Notes: a model not told the origin generated them from the letters alone. Positions 10,761 through 20,682 are shown, numbered from the stretch's first letter. The stretch is 64,000 nt of DNA from Trueperaceae bacterium (GCA_965213925.1 OZ243927.1:864001-928000); one strand, 5' to 3'. Numbers and translations are program-made.

Positions 10761-11060
10761 CCGAGTACGCATCGAAGTTCAGTCAGAAGCGCCCGTTTCG
10801 ACCATACGCTTTGTGTCCTGTTCGCTGAAGTCAACCTTGCGCGTTCAAGACTCGTCATCACCAGCGCTTTTCCGCGAGCGGATAGGGTATCAGCCAGAGG
10901 TAGTAATGCATTCGAGAGGGACGGTCCTACAGATTTACAGCTTAGGCAGTACGACGCAAGCAGTGGGTCAATAGTCCCAGAGCGACCGAATATTCCGCAA
11001 AGCCACGTCTTGACAAAACACTGACGCCGGTCCCTAAAACTGAGCGCGGAGGTCTCACCC

Positions 11061-12635
11061 ATGTATAAGCGAATCCTTCTTTTGCTTTTCACCTCTCTTC
11101 TCTTCTACACCTTCGCCCAAACCCCCGAACCGAGCGGCGCACTGCGCCTAGAACGCCTCGCCACCTACACCACAGGCGCGTTCGACGAGGGCGCAGCGGA
11201 GATCGTCGCGTTCGACTCCAGCTCGCAGCGGCTCTTCATCGTCAACTCGAACGCAGTCACACTGGATATTTTGGATATCAGTGACCCCGCGAACCCTGCA
11301 CCGAGAGAGCCCCTCGACATGACGCAGTACGGCGCGGCGGCGAACAGCGTGGACGTGTTTGAAGGTACGGTGGCTGTTGCCATTGAAAACGAGACCGTCA
11401 CCGAACCCGGCACGGTCGTCTTCCTTACTCCAGAGGGTGCACTTATTAGCCAAGTCACGGTGGGTGCACTGCCCGACATGCTCACCTTTACGCCAGACGG
11501 AAGCAAGGTCGTCGTGGCGAACGAAGGCGAGCCCTCAGACGACTACAGCACCGATCCTGAAGGCTCGGTCAGCATCATCGATATGTCTGGCGGTACCGAG
11601 AACTTGACGCAGGAAGACGTGACCGAGGTCGGTTTCTCGAGCTTTAACGATGCCGAACTCGACGAGGGCGTCCGCATCTTCGGTCCTGACGCGAGCGTGG
11701 CGCAGGATTTGGAGCCCGAGTATGTCGCGGTTGCGCCCGACTCCGCTTCGGCCTGGGTCGCGCTGCAGGAGAACAACGCCTTAGCGCAAATTGATTTGGC
11801 TGCGGGCGAAGTGACCGACCTTATCGGCTTGGGCTTCAAAGACCACAGCGCAGAGGAGAACGCCTTCGACCCTTCTGACGAAGACGGCGGCATCAACATC
11901 GGCACGCACCCCGTCTTCGGCATGTACCAACCCGACGCGATTGCTACCTTTGAGGTGAACGGTGAAACGTACATCGTCACCGCCAACGAGGGCGACGGGC
12001 GCGATTACGACGGCTTCAGCGAGGAGGCGCGACTCGGTGACGACGAATACACGCTCGCCGAAGACGCCTTTCCGAACGCTGCCGAACTCAAAGAAGCACT
12101 AGGACGCTTGACCGTCACGACGGCGACGGGGGACACGGACGGTGACGGTGAATTCGAAGAGATTTACGCCTTCGGCGGGCGCTCGTTCTCCATCTGGAAC
12201 GCCTCGGGGGAGCTTATCTTCGACAGCGGCGACGCCTTGGAGCGCATCACCGCCGAGGCGTATCCCGACTACTTCAACGCGAACAACGACGAGAATGGCG
12301 CGGAGACCTTCGAGAGCAGGAGCGATAACAAAGGACCGGAGCCCGAAGGGATTGTGACCGGAGAGGTCGGCGGCAGCGTCTACGCCTTCATCGGCTTAGA
12401 ACGCATCGGCGGCGTAGTCACCTATGATGTGAGCGATCCCGAGAACCCGCAGTTCGTGGACTATACGAACCACCGCGACTTCAGCGCCGACATCGAGTCG
12501 GAAGAGGCGGGCGACTTAGGACCGGAAGGACTCCTCTTTATCTCCGCCGAGGAGAGCCCGAACGGGACGCCACTCATCGTTGTCGGCAACGAGGTGAGCG
12601 GGTCAACGAGTATCTATGCGGTAGAGCAGGAGTAG
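11061..12635 (+). CDS. Choice-of-anchor I family beta-propeller alkaline phosphatase-like protein
   Basis: AAEIVAFD, GALPDMLTFTPDG, ANEGEP, LEPEY, MYQPDAI, SRSDNKGPEPEG, DLGPEG, GNEVSG. Confidence 0.8.
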   Translation: MYKRILLLLFTSLLFYTFAQTPEPSGALRLERLATYTTGAFDEGAAEIVAFDSSSQRLFIVNSNAVTLDILDISDPANPAPREPLDMTQYGAAANSVDVFEGTVAVAIENETVTEPGTVVFLTPEGALISQVTVGALPDMLTFTPDGSKVVVANEGEPSDDYSTDPEGSVSIIDMSGGTENLTQEDVTEVGFSSFNDAELDEGVRIFGPDASVAQDLEPEYVAVAPDSASAWVALQENNALAQIDLAAGEVTDLIGLGFKDHSAEENAFDPSDEDGGINIGTHPVFGMYQPDAIATFEVNGETYIVTANEGDGRDYDGFSEEARLGDDEYTLAEDAFPNAAELKEALGRLTVTTATGDTDGDGEFEEIYAFGGRSFSIWNASGELIFDSGDALERITAEAYPDYFNANNDENGAETFESRSDNKGPEPEGIVTGEVGGSVYAFIGLERIGGVVTYDVSDPENPQFVDYTNHRDFSADIESEEAGDLGPEGLLFISAEESPNGTPLIVVGNEVSGSTSIYAVEQE

Positions 12636-12762
12636 GGGTGGGGCAGGTAAGCGGGGGCTCACCTCGACATGCTTGCTGAGTAACGATAGTCGAAGCTGAA
12701 GGTGCGTGCCTGGCTCGGTGAGCAGTCACGTCGCCAGGGTGCTACCGAATTTCGTGCTGGTC

Positions 12763-12794
12763 TTCTGCGGCTAACGCGCGCATCTTACGCGTAG
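12763..12794. repeat. 32-bp candidate recombination site C
   Basis: TTCTGCGGCTAAC-GCGCGC-ATCTTACGCGTAG (inverted relative to site B). Confidence 0.75.
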
Positions 12795-12862
12795 CATTCC
12801 CGAACCGAAGTTCTCGAGATCACGGCTGCAAATGAGGGTCAAGCACGACGCCTGCCTTAAAG

Positions 12863-13543
12863 TTAGAGTCTGACGCCGAACGCCTCTTTTAGACCCACGA
12901 GGCCGCCCGGCGTCAGGTGAACCGCGCGGGTCCCCTCCAGCCGTACCAGCCACTTACGCTGCAGGAGTTGTGCAGTGAGCGCCGCCCCGAGCGCACCCGA
13001 CACATGATAGCGCCGCTCCGTCCAATCCACGCACGGCTTAGCTAGAGGACGCCGTTGCTGATCGAGCGCACATAAGTCAACATCAAGTTCGGTGAAAGCC
13101 CGCTCCCCGGCAGATGTGATGTGGTAGCGATCCGCCGCTAGCTCGAGGAGGCCGCTCGCTAACAAGGCGTCGGCAAGGGCGACAGCTACCTTGCCTGCAA
13201 GGTGGTCATAGCAGGTGCGGGCGAAGAGCAGGGGTTTGTCAGAAGAGCTACTTCGTTCGTCAGAGGGGACCGCAGTTAGGTTCTGTAAGGATTCGACCAC
13301 ATTAGCTACGTCGGGTCCGGCGAGACGGTAGTAACGGTAACGCCCATGACGTTCGACCGCCAGCAGACCACCTCGCTGCAGCTTGGCGAGGTGAGAACTG
13401 GCTGTCTGAGGCGAGACGCGGGCAAGGCGTGCCAGCTCCGAAGCAGGACGAACCCGACTGCCCATCAAGGACAGCAGCATCCGTGCGCGCGCCGGGTCAC
13501 CCATAAGCGCTGCAACTGAGGCGAGATCTATCGCTTGCTCCAT
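12863..13543 (-). CDS. ArsR-family winged-helix regulator (long form)
   Basis: GDPARARML, ASELA, SPQTASSHL, ARTCYDHLAG, CVDWTERRYH. Confidence 0.85.
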   Translation of the reverse strand: MEQAIDLASVAALMGDPARARMLLSLMGSRVRPASELARLARVSPQTASSHLAKLQRGGLLAVERHGRYRYYRLAGPDVANVVESLQNLTAVPSDERSSSSDKPLLFARTCYDHLAGKVAVALADALLASGLLELAADRYHITSAGERAFTELDVDLCALDQQRRPLAKPCVDWTERRYHVSGALGAALTAQLLQRKWLVRLEGTRAVHLTPGGLVGLKEAFGVRL

Positions 13544-13639
13544 GTTCCCATTTTAGGGTACAACCGTTCTTGGACGCTTCGACGGCGGTGGAAACGACCG
13601 CTCGGCTTCTCACGGTAGCCTCTTTTAAGGAGGCACAAG

Positions 13640-14098
13640 ATGAAGCTCATAGAAAACCTTACGCGTGCCCTTACAGACCACCGAGATGACATGGCGCGTC
13701 GCCGCTGTTACCGACGCGCCTTGAAAGACGCCCTCGCAGCCTTTGAGACCGATCACCGCCTCTGGGTTGAAACACATTTCGACCTCAAATTCTTGACCGG
13801 GCGAGGCGCAGAGGCGCTCGAAGCGAATGATGCACAAGCGCTTGCCCAAGCCTGGACCTCGCAGTTCCGTTACCGGGATGAAGCTCGGCGCGGCGATGAT
13901 GTGCGCCGCCTCGTCCTGGCAGCGGCGACCTTCCTCGAGCTGTTCAAGCGGGCCGAGGCGACGTGTGCAGATGGTTTGAGGCAACAGCAAACTTCAGAGC
14001 TTAACGTTCGTACTTTCTGGAATTCATTCAGTGCTTCCGCGAGACGAAGCGGGCTTAACCCAAGCACCCGTGACAAGGGATGCAAACGTCAGGGGTAA
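13640..14098 (+). CDS. Hypothetical protein
   Basis: AAGGAGG RBS; divergent from the regulator. Confidence 0.6.
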   Translation: MKLIENLTRALTDHRDDMARRRCYRRALKDALAAFETDHRLWVETHFDLKFLTGRGAEALEANDAQALAQAWTSQFRYRDEARRGDDVRRLVLAAATFLELFKRAEATCADGLRQQQTSELNVRTFWNSFSASARRSGLNPSTRDKGCKRQG

Positions 14099-14120
14099 GA
14101 GATGTGAGCCTGGCAGGACC

Positions 14121-14152
14121 TTCTGTGCGAGTTGCGCGCATCTCGCGCAGAA
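14121..14152. repeat. 32-bp candidate recombination site D
   Basis: TTCTGTGCGAGTT-GCGCGC-ATCTCGCGCAGAA. Confidence 0.8.
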
Positions 14153-14188
14153 GCCATTTGTGAAGCAAGCGGTAACAAGGAAAACGCT

Positions 14189-15118
14189 TTACTGAACCCG
14201 GTCTCGCAACCAATCCGCCAGGTTGCGCCCGATAGCTTCGGGCTGGTCCTCCTGAATAAAGTGAAGCCCTTGGCCAATAAAGCGCGTTTCAATGTTCGCG
14301 TAGTGCTCACCAATCCAGGCGGCGGCTTCAGGCGGAAGGCCCAGACCGGGCGAAGCGTAGAGCAAGAGTTTGGGTTGTTCCGCTGTTTTGAGCCAATCGC
14401 CAATCGTCTCAATCACTGAAACGTTGCGTTCAGGTTCGCCCCCGATAGGTACTTCGTTCGGCCAGACGAGCAGAGGCTTTCTCGAGGCGGGCTCCAAAAA
14501 AGGTGCGCGGTAGGCATCCATCTCCGCGTCGCTCAGCGTCCGCATGACAGTTTGCGGCAAAAACTGCTCGATAAAGACGTTGTCCTCGACGATCATCTGC
14601 GGACCCATGATGGGGTCGCGAAAGGCGCGGAATGTCTCGCGAACTTCCTCGGGGATGGCGTCGTAGGACGGGATCGGGAAGACGGGCGGCACGTTCGCTT
14701 CCATCATGGCAACGGCTCTAACGTTGTCTGAGTGCTGCGCCGCGTAGTAGAGCCCGAGCGCAGACCCCCAGTCGTGGACGACCAAGGTAACGTCTTCCAG
14801 CTCGAGTGCCCCGATAAACCCTTCTACGTAACGGTAGTGGTCCTGAAAGGTGTAGTTGATGTCGGGTTTGTCCGACTGGCCCATGCCGATGAGGTCAAGG
14901 GCGAGGGTACGGCCAAGCGGCTGGGCGTAGGGCATGATGTTGCGCCAGAGGTAGGACGAGGTCGGATTGCCGTGAAGAAAGAGGATGGGAGAACCCTCAC
15001 CCGCTTCGGCGTAGGCGAGGTTAGAGCCGTGTACTCTGGCGTAGTTGTAGGGATAGGGAAAGGCGGCGCTACCGTCACGCTGCCCGAGGACGCTGCCGCC
15101 TTCACTAGAATTATTCAT
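14189..15118 (-). CDS. dhaA: Haloalkane dehalogenase
   Basis: FLHGNPTSSYLWRNI, DLIGMGQSDKP, VVHDWGSALG, NVFIEQFLP, WPNEVP, GLHFIQED. Confidence 0.85.
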   Translation of the reverse strand: MNNSSEGGSVLGQRDGSAAFPYPYNYARVHGSNLAYAEAGEGSPILFLHGNPTSSYLWRNIMPYAQPLGRTLALDLIGMGQSDKPDINYTFQDHYRYVEGFIGALELEDVTLVVHDWGSALGLYYAAQHSDNVRAVAMMEANVPPVFPIPSYDAIPEEVRETFRAFRDPIMGPQMIVEDNVFIEQFLPQTVMRTLSDAEMDAYRAPFLEPASRKPLLVWPNEVPIGGEPERNVSVIETIGDWLKTAEQPKLLLYASPGLGLPPEAAAWIGEHYANIETRFIGQGLHFIQEDQPEAIGRNLADWLRDRVQ

Positions 15119-15145
15119 ATCGTGCAACCCTCGTTTTCCTGGACT

Positions 15146-16078
15146 TCAAGCATTTTGCTGAAGCGCGGACGCGGACAGATAGCGGTACGATCCACGCCGA
15201 AACTCTTCGATGATGGATGGGCGGCGCGGCTGCCAGCCGAACGTATCTCTCGCGAGCGCCCCTGACACCCGCATGTTTATAGTGAGGTAGTAGCCGAGGA
15301 AGCCGAACGAGGACATCGTGACTTCATTCGTGACTTGGTCCAATTCCTCCCCGACACCTGCGGCGACCCCGGCAGCAGCCATGACCTCTTTGGAGAGCAA
15401 GGTGTCGCCCGCACCGATAACGAGGGGGAGTCTACCGTCACGCTCGAGCACCAGAAGGAAGAGGTCAGCGAGGTCGTCCACGTGGACGAGGGTGATGACG
15501 CGGTCCCCCTGGACATAACCTGCTCGCCCTCGCGTCTCGATACCCGCCAAGCTGCCGAGAACCGGCGGGCTTGCGGCGCGACCGTAAACCAGAGCGGGGC
15601 GTACGATGGAGGCGTGCGGCTTTTTCAAAACGCTTAGCTCGGCGGCGGCGAGTGCGCCGAAGGGACTCTGCGCTGGCACCGCTGTGTCCTCGTCAGCGGT
15701 GCTCTCCCCCGTATCTCCGTAGATGCCCGTTCCGCTCGTTGAGATGAAGCGAAGCGACCTCGAGGCCGTCGCTTCTGCGAGAAACTGCAGTGTCACCGCA
15801 GCCTTGTCTGTAGCCTCCTCCACGCTCGCGTTCGGCGTAGGGGTTTCGTGCGTTGTCGCCGTGTGCACGACCGCGTCGACCTCACCCAACGCCTGCTCCA
15901 AGGCATCAGTATCGTTGAGGTCGGCGCGCACTGGTACAACACCTCGCTTCGCGGCACGCTCCGCTGAGGCATCCGAGCGCACGAGGCCGTGAACGGTGTA
16001 GCCTGACGCGAGCAGTCGCTCGGCGATGACCGAGCCTATGTAACCTGTTGCGCCTGTAAGTAGGATGGTCTTGCCCAT
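15146..16078 (-). CDS. NAD-dependent epimerase/dehydratase family protein
   Basis: LTGATGYIG, HTA, TSGTGIYG, VHVDDLAD. Confidence 0.85.
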   Translation of the reverse strand: MGKTILLTGATGYIGSVIAERLLASGYTVHGLVRSDASAERAAKRGVVPVRADLNDTDALEQALGEVDAVVHTATTHETPTPNASVEEATDKAAVTLQFLAEATASRSLRFISTSGTGIYGDTGESTADEDTAVPAQSPFGALAAAELSVLKKPHASIVRPALVYGRAASPPVLGSLAGIETRGRAGYVQGDRVITLVHVDDLADLFLLVLERDGRLPLVIGAGDTLLSKEVMAAAGVAAGVGEELDQVTNEVTMSSFGFLGYYLTINMRVSGALARDTFGWQPRRPSIIEEFRRGSYRYLSASALQQNA

Positions 16079-16929
16079 CACGCCTTCGCCATTCCAAAAG
16101 CGGAGAGGAGCTGCTGTTGCACCTCGCGAGCCGCCTCGTTCATCACTTCGACGGGCTGCTTCATATCTGCACCGATGGGCTGACGTAAACCCTGCACCTT
16201 GCCCTCGACTGCGTCCACGATCACGCGAACGACCTCTTGCGAGTCACCTTGTTCCATCGCGCCAAAGCTCGCCATGAACCCTTCGAACATCTCCTTGACG
16301 AGCCCGTAGGTTTCCATTCGCGCTTCGTCTACGCCTAGACTCAGATTCGCGCCGAAGTCCGTGCCATACGCGCCTGGTTGGACGATGAAGCTGCGGATGC
16401 CCAAGGGCTCGAGTTCGTAAGATGCGGCTTCAGCGAGCGCCTCTAGCGCGAATTTCGAGGCGGCATAGAGCCCACCGAAGGGCGTGACGAGCCGACCCAC
16501 CGCGCTGCTCAGGTAGATGACGAGCCCGCTTCCTTGCTCACGCATATAGGGTAGCACCGCACGGTTTACGCGCAAGACGCCCATCACGTTCACGTCGAAG
16601 AGCTGCTGCGCCTGCTCCGGTGTAACCGTTTCCTGGATGCCCATCACGCCGATACCGGCGTTATTGACGAGCACGTCGAGCCTGCCTGCCTCGGCAACCG
16701 CCCTCGAGACCGCTTGCTCCACGGAAGCGTCGTCTGTAACGTCGAGGTCCATAACCTGCAACGCTAAATTCTCTTGCTCAGCTAACTCACGCAAGTCTCG
16801 GGCGACCTCTGCGTTCTTATCCTCCATCCCTCGCATCGTCGCGAATACGGTATGACCGCGCTTCGCTAACTCAACTGCTGTTCCTTTCCCAAACCCGCTG
16901 CTCGCACCTGTAATGAGAACGCTTGCCAT
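16078..16929 (-). CDS. SDR family oxidoreductase
   Basis: ITGASSGFG, NNAG, YAASK. Confidence 0.9.
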   Translation of the reverse strand: MASVLITGASSGFGKGTAVELAKRGHTVFATMRGMEDKNAEVARDLRELAEQENLALQVMDLDVTDDASVEQAVSRAVAEAGRLDVLVNNAGIGVMGIQETVTPEQAQQLFDVNVMGVLRVNRAVLPYMREQGSGLVIYLSSAVGRLVTPFGGLYAASKFALEALAEAASYELEPLGIRSFIVQPGAYGTDFGANLSLGVDEARMETYGLVKEMFEGFMASFGAMEQGDSQEVVRVIVDAVEGKVQGLRQPIGADMKQPVEVMNEAAREVQQQLLSAFGMAKA

Positions 16930-16991
16930 ACGTGACTCCCTTCGAGCCGTTCGTTAGGGTGACCTGCTATGATTTGTCCTAACAAGGACGG

Positions 16992-17030
16992 TATGTCACC
17001 ACTGTTGACAGTGTAAACAGTGGTGACATA
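16992..17030. promoter_or_regulatory. Probable TetR operator
   Basis: TATGTCACCACTGTT-9 nt-AACAGTGGTGACATA, a 15-bp perfect inverted repeat between divergent genes. Confidence 0.7.
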
Positions 17031-17065
17031 AGCTGTCAAGGGGATTAGCGTATGGGCGAACAGAT

Positions 17066-17662
17066 ATGACGAAACAGAGCTATCATCACGGCAGCCTGCG
17101 CGAAGCGCTTATAGATACAGCGCTGGAGAGTTTAACGTACCAGCGGGCGGGCGAGATCAGTCTGCGTAAGCTGGCAAGCAAACTCGATGTGGACCACACT
17201 GCCGTGTACCGCCATTTCAAGAACCGTGATGCGCTCCTGGCGGCGATGATCGAAGCGGGCTACCGCGACCTCAATAAGGCAATGGTGCAGGCGTGGCAGA
17301 CCGACGCGCCCTGGCGTGAGCGTGTCAAGCTCGTGGTCAAGGCGTACGCCGAGTACGCACGGGCTAACCCCAACCTCTTCGAGATCATGTTTGGCGGCGC
17401 GCTGGATGAATCGAAATACCCGGCCCTGCAGCAGCTCTCTGTCGAGAGCACGAACATGTTCGTCACCTACATCGAGCAGGCGCAAGCGGACGGGGTGTTG
17501 ACAGGTGATGCGCCGGACCAGGTCGCTCTGAACGTCTGTATGTTGTGTCACGGGCTCGCGCAGATGGTGGTGGGCAACCAGTTCAACGGTCCCTTCGCCA
17601 AGGCGGACGAGGACCTAGACGGACTGGCTGAGGGTGTAGTGGCGGGTATGAATTTGCAGTGA
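17066..17662 (+). CDS. TetR/AcrR family regulator (WHG-type C-terminus)
   Basis: YHHGSLREAL, SLRKLA, AVYRHF, LCHGLA. Confidence 0.9.
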   Translation: MTKQSYHHGSLREALIDTALESLTYQRAGEISLRKLASKLDVDHTAVYRHFKNRDALLAAMIEAGYRDLNKAMVQAWQTDAPWRERVKLVVKAYAEYARANPNLFEIMFGGALDESKYPALQQLSVESTNMFVTYIEQAQADGVLTGDAPDQVALNVCMLCHGLAQMVVGNQFNGPFAKADEDLDGLAEGVVAGMNLQ

Positions 17663-17724
17663 GCGGGTCCAATTAAGAAAGCTTTTTGAGTTCGCAGGAA
17701 GTTCTAACGACACTTACCTTGGTT

Positions 17725-17767
17725 TTCTGCAAGAGACGTGTGCGAGACGCGCGCAACTCTCGCAGAG
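17725..17767. repeat. Candidate recombination site E (17736-17767) overlapped by an extra half-site (17725-17738)
   Basis: TTCTGCAAGAGACG overlapping ACGTGTGCGAGAC-GCGCGC-AACTCTCGCAGAG. Confidence 0.75.
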
Positions 17768-17830
17768 CGCTTAGGTGAGCTTTGGCTCGGTTCATCACAC
17801 AGCCACCTGTTCTAAATCTATATCGTTTGA

Positions 17831-17848
17831 CAAATAAACGTTTATTTG
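17831..17848. promoter_or_regulatory. Probable MarR operator
   Basis: Perfect palindrome CAAATAAACGTTTATTTG overlapping a TTGACA -35-like box. Confidence 0.65.
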
Positions 17849-17892
17849 CTATACATTTATCTGATGAACTTCTTGATTTGGAGGATAGGTGT

Positions 17893-18384
17893 ATGACAGA
17901 CGTGCAAGAGAGATTGGAGAACATTCAGGTCGACTGGGAACCGCTGCCCGAGGCGCTAACCGGCATTACCGGCTTCATGCTCTACTGGGTCACTGGGTTA
18001 GCGGGGCAATTCTACGCGCAAGCCGTTGCTACCGTAGGGCTGGAGCCGCAGCAGGTTGCCACCTTGCAGCTCTTGACGATCGAGGGGCCGATAGTTCAGG
18101 CGCGCTTGGCTGAACGGTTGCGCATCAACAAAGCAACGATGGTGGGTATTCTCAATAGCCTTGAAGAACAGGAGCTGGTCGAGCGACGACCTTATGCAGG
18201 AGATAAGCGAGCACTCGAGATTCACCCGACGAACGCAGGCAGGGAAAAAGCCAGGGAACTCGAACGGGTCAACCGCGAGGCGGACCGCCTCTTCTTCGCG
18301 TCTCTAAGCAGTGAGGAGCGCGAAACTTTCCACGCATTGCTTGCCAAGCTCGCTACCGCTCAGCCTCAGGGGAGGTCGGCGTGA
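17893..18384 (+). CDS. MarR family regulator
   Basis: QARLAERLRINKATMV...LVERRPYAGDKRA...TNAG; GGAGG RBS. Confidence 0.85.
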   Translation: MTDVQERLENIQVDWEPLPEALTGITGFMLYWVTGLAGQFYAQAVATVGLEPQQVATLQLLTIEGPIVQARLAERLRINKATMVGILNSLEEQELVERRPYAGDKRALEIHPTNAGREKARELERVNREADRLFFASLSSEERETFHALLAKLATAQPQGRSA

Positions 18385-18830
18385 GCTTAGCCATTTTCAT
18401 CCTGCTACTCGTCGCGCTCACCACGTTTTTCAATGCCGGCCTGCAGTACTACACTACGGTCTCGACCTACCCGCTCTTCAGCGAGGTAGATGAGGCGAAC
18501 TTCGTGCGCTTCCACAAGGCGTACGAGGGCAAGCTACCGCTGTCGATCTACATTCCCTATTCGCTCTGGATGCTCAGCACATTGGCGCTTCTCTTCGTGC
18601 GCCCTGATGGGGTCACGCTGCTATGGATCGTGCTGCTCCTGGTACTCAACGGCTCCATCATGGTAATAAGCCTTGCCTTCGCCGCACCGGTGCATACAAA
18701 GTTAGACCGTGAAGGCAAGAGTGCAAGCGACCTCGCCAGGCTGCGCCGCTACAACCTGCCGCGCCTGCTCGCGGTTGCTGCAAGCAGCATGGTCGCGCTA
18801 TATCTATTGGCGATCAGCCTCACAAGCTAA
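18381..18830 (+). CDS. Four-TM membrane protein (DUF1772-like)
   Basis: Hydrophobic helices; YPLF and APVH motifs; coupled to marR. Confidence 0.65.
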   Translation: MSLAIFILLLVALTTFFNAGLQYYTTVSTYPLFSEVDEANFVRFHKAYEGKLPLSIYIPYSLWMLSTLALLFVRPDGVTLLWIVLLLVLNGSIMVISLAFAAPVHTKLDREGKSASDLARLRRYNLPRLLAVAASSMVALYLLAISLTS

Positions 18831-18884
18831 CCCCTCGAAAAGACATGTTCTTGTAGGGACCTTTACGACCCCGAAAGGACCGCT

Positions 18885-19649
18885 ATGGCTATACGATCTG
18901 CAAACGCGCCTAGAAACACGTTCCTAACGGGCTGGACCGCGCCGCTGTTTATCATGCTCGTGCGCTGGCCGCTCTTGCTGGCGGGTTACGCGCTCGTCGC
19001 CCTGCTCTTTCAGGGGCAGGGGTTGGACCGGGTGTGGCAGCGAGCGGCGCTGCACAACTACGTCATCGTCAGCCTGTTCGCCGACCTCGGGTGCCTGCTA
19101 CTCCTTGCCTGGCTGATGCGGCGCGAAGGGGGGCGACTCGTGGACCTACTCAACTTGGAGCGAGGCAAGGTTGGGCGAGACGTCCTCATCGGTATAGCGC
19201 TCTTTTTCGTCATGGCTGCCGCGTTTTACCTCAGCCCGCTCGTAAGCGCCTTTCTCGTCACCGGTCGCCTCGACGCGAGCGCGGCTTGGGGCACGAACCC
19301 CTTCGTCGTCCCGCTCTGGGTCCACGTCTGGAACATGACTATCTTCCCGGTCACGACCAGTATCACCGAGGAGATGGTCTACCGGGGCTACGCCTTGCCG
19401 CGTATTGAGCGGCTCACCGGGCGGGTGTGGCTGGCGGTGCTCATCCCCGCCACTGCCTTCGGGCTTGCCCACCTCACGCCGCCCTTCACGGGTATAGAGA
19501 GCGTAACCCTCCGCTTCCTTACGCTTTTCTTCGTCGGGGCGGTGCTCGAGCTACTCTACTTACGCTACCGCAGGCTCCTGCCGCTCATCGTCGGGCACTA
19601 CCTCATTGATCTGATCTTTCTGGGAGTCTTGCCGTTCGCCCTTAGCTGA
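18885..19649 (+). CDS. CPBP family intramembrane metalloprotease
   Basis: TEEMVYRG, FGLAH, GHYLID. Confidence 0.85.
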   Translation: MAIRSANAPRNTFLTGWTAPLFIMLVRWPLLLAGYALVALLFQGQGLDRVWQRAALHNYVIVSLFADLGCLLLLAWLMRREGGRLVDLLNLERGKVGRDVLIGIALFFVMAAAFYLSPLVSAFLVTGRLDASAAWGTNPFVVPLWVHVWNMTIFPVTTSITEEMVYRGYALPRIERLTGRVWLAVLIPATAFGLAHLTPPFTGIESVTLRFLTLFFVGAVLELLYLRYRRLLPLIVGHYLIDLIFLGVLPFALS

Positions 19650-19693
19650 GGGGTTAAAGGTTTATAGGTGCAGTCATAACCTCCATACCTACC

Positions 19694-19725
19694 GTGTGCG
19701 ACAGTAGCGCGCGTTCGTCGCAGAA
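19694..19725. repeat. 32-bp candidate recombination site F, directly upstream of the integrase
   Basis: GTGTGCGACAGTA-GCGCGC-GTTCGTCGCAGAA. Confidence 0.8.
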
Positions 19726-19791
19726 CACCCACTGCCCTTCAAAAACGATTCAAAGCAGACCTCCGTGCAGACTACAGCTCGGAGGTTTTTT

Positions 19792-20682
19792 ATGGACGAA
19801 TAAGAGACACTCATATTGACAAATTGTGTTGAGGAATACCTGAAAGCTCGTAATCTGGACGGCTACAGTGACAAAACGCTCTATTCCTACAGGCTGCATC
19901 TAAATCGTTTGACCGCAGATTTGGGCAATGCCACTCCTATCGACATTATCAAGCTCGAACATCTACGTTCTCACCTCACCAGCCTGACGCATCTGCAAAC
20001 CTCAAGTTTGGCGAACAAGGTCCGCGCCCTTAAAGCCTTTTTCAAGTGGCTCTACGAGGAGGAGATATTGGAGCGCAACCCCGCACTGAAGCTGAGGGAG
20101 CCGCGCTTACCCGCGAGAATCCCTAAAGCGCTTTCGGTTGAAGAAGTTGAGCTGCTGCGTGACGCCTGTGAGAGTTTATTGGAGCACGCCTTAGTCGAGT
20201 TCTTCTTCGCCACCGGCTGCCGTGTGAGCGAAATTCACCAACTGGACCGCATCGACCTCGACTGGGTGCGGCGCAGCGCAGTCGTGCTGGGCAAGGGTAA
20301 TAAGGAGCGCGAGGTGTACTTCGGAGCAAAAGCCGCGCTGTGGCTCAAACGATATCTCGACAGCCGAACGGATAGCTCTTTGGCGCTATTCGTTACGAAG
20401 CGACGAAGACGCCAGCATAGCGGGGCTTTAGAGCATCAGCGTCTCAGCACGTCGCAGATACAACGCATCTTTAAGCGTGTGGCGCGGCGGTGCGGCTTGG
20501 AGGAGAAAGTAACCCCTCACGTGCTGCGCCACACGCTCGCAACTCTTCTGCTAAACCAAGGTGCACCGATCGCTGCCGTGCAGTCCATCCTCGGGCACGC
20601 CTCGCCCACCACAACACAGCTCTATGTCAACCTCTCCGGTGAGTCGCGGCAGATGCTCTACAAAAGGCATTTCCCGCAGTAA
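19792..20682 (+). CDS. Tyrosine recombinase/integrase (XerC/D-like); ATG at 19792 is followed by an in-frame TAA at codon 4, and the ORF resumes at TTG 19816
   Basis: N-terminal SAM-like domain; catalytic R (TGCRVSE), K (GKGNKER), HxxR (HVLRH), H (LGH), Y (TTQLY). Confidence 0.9.

Noticed and set aside
19792..20682. Integrase as chromosomal xerC/xerD or a prophage integrase
   Set aside because: Accessory context, no phage genes, and no tRNA attachment site seen; no symbol assigned.
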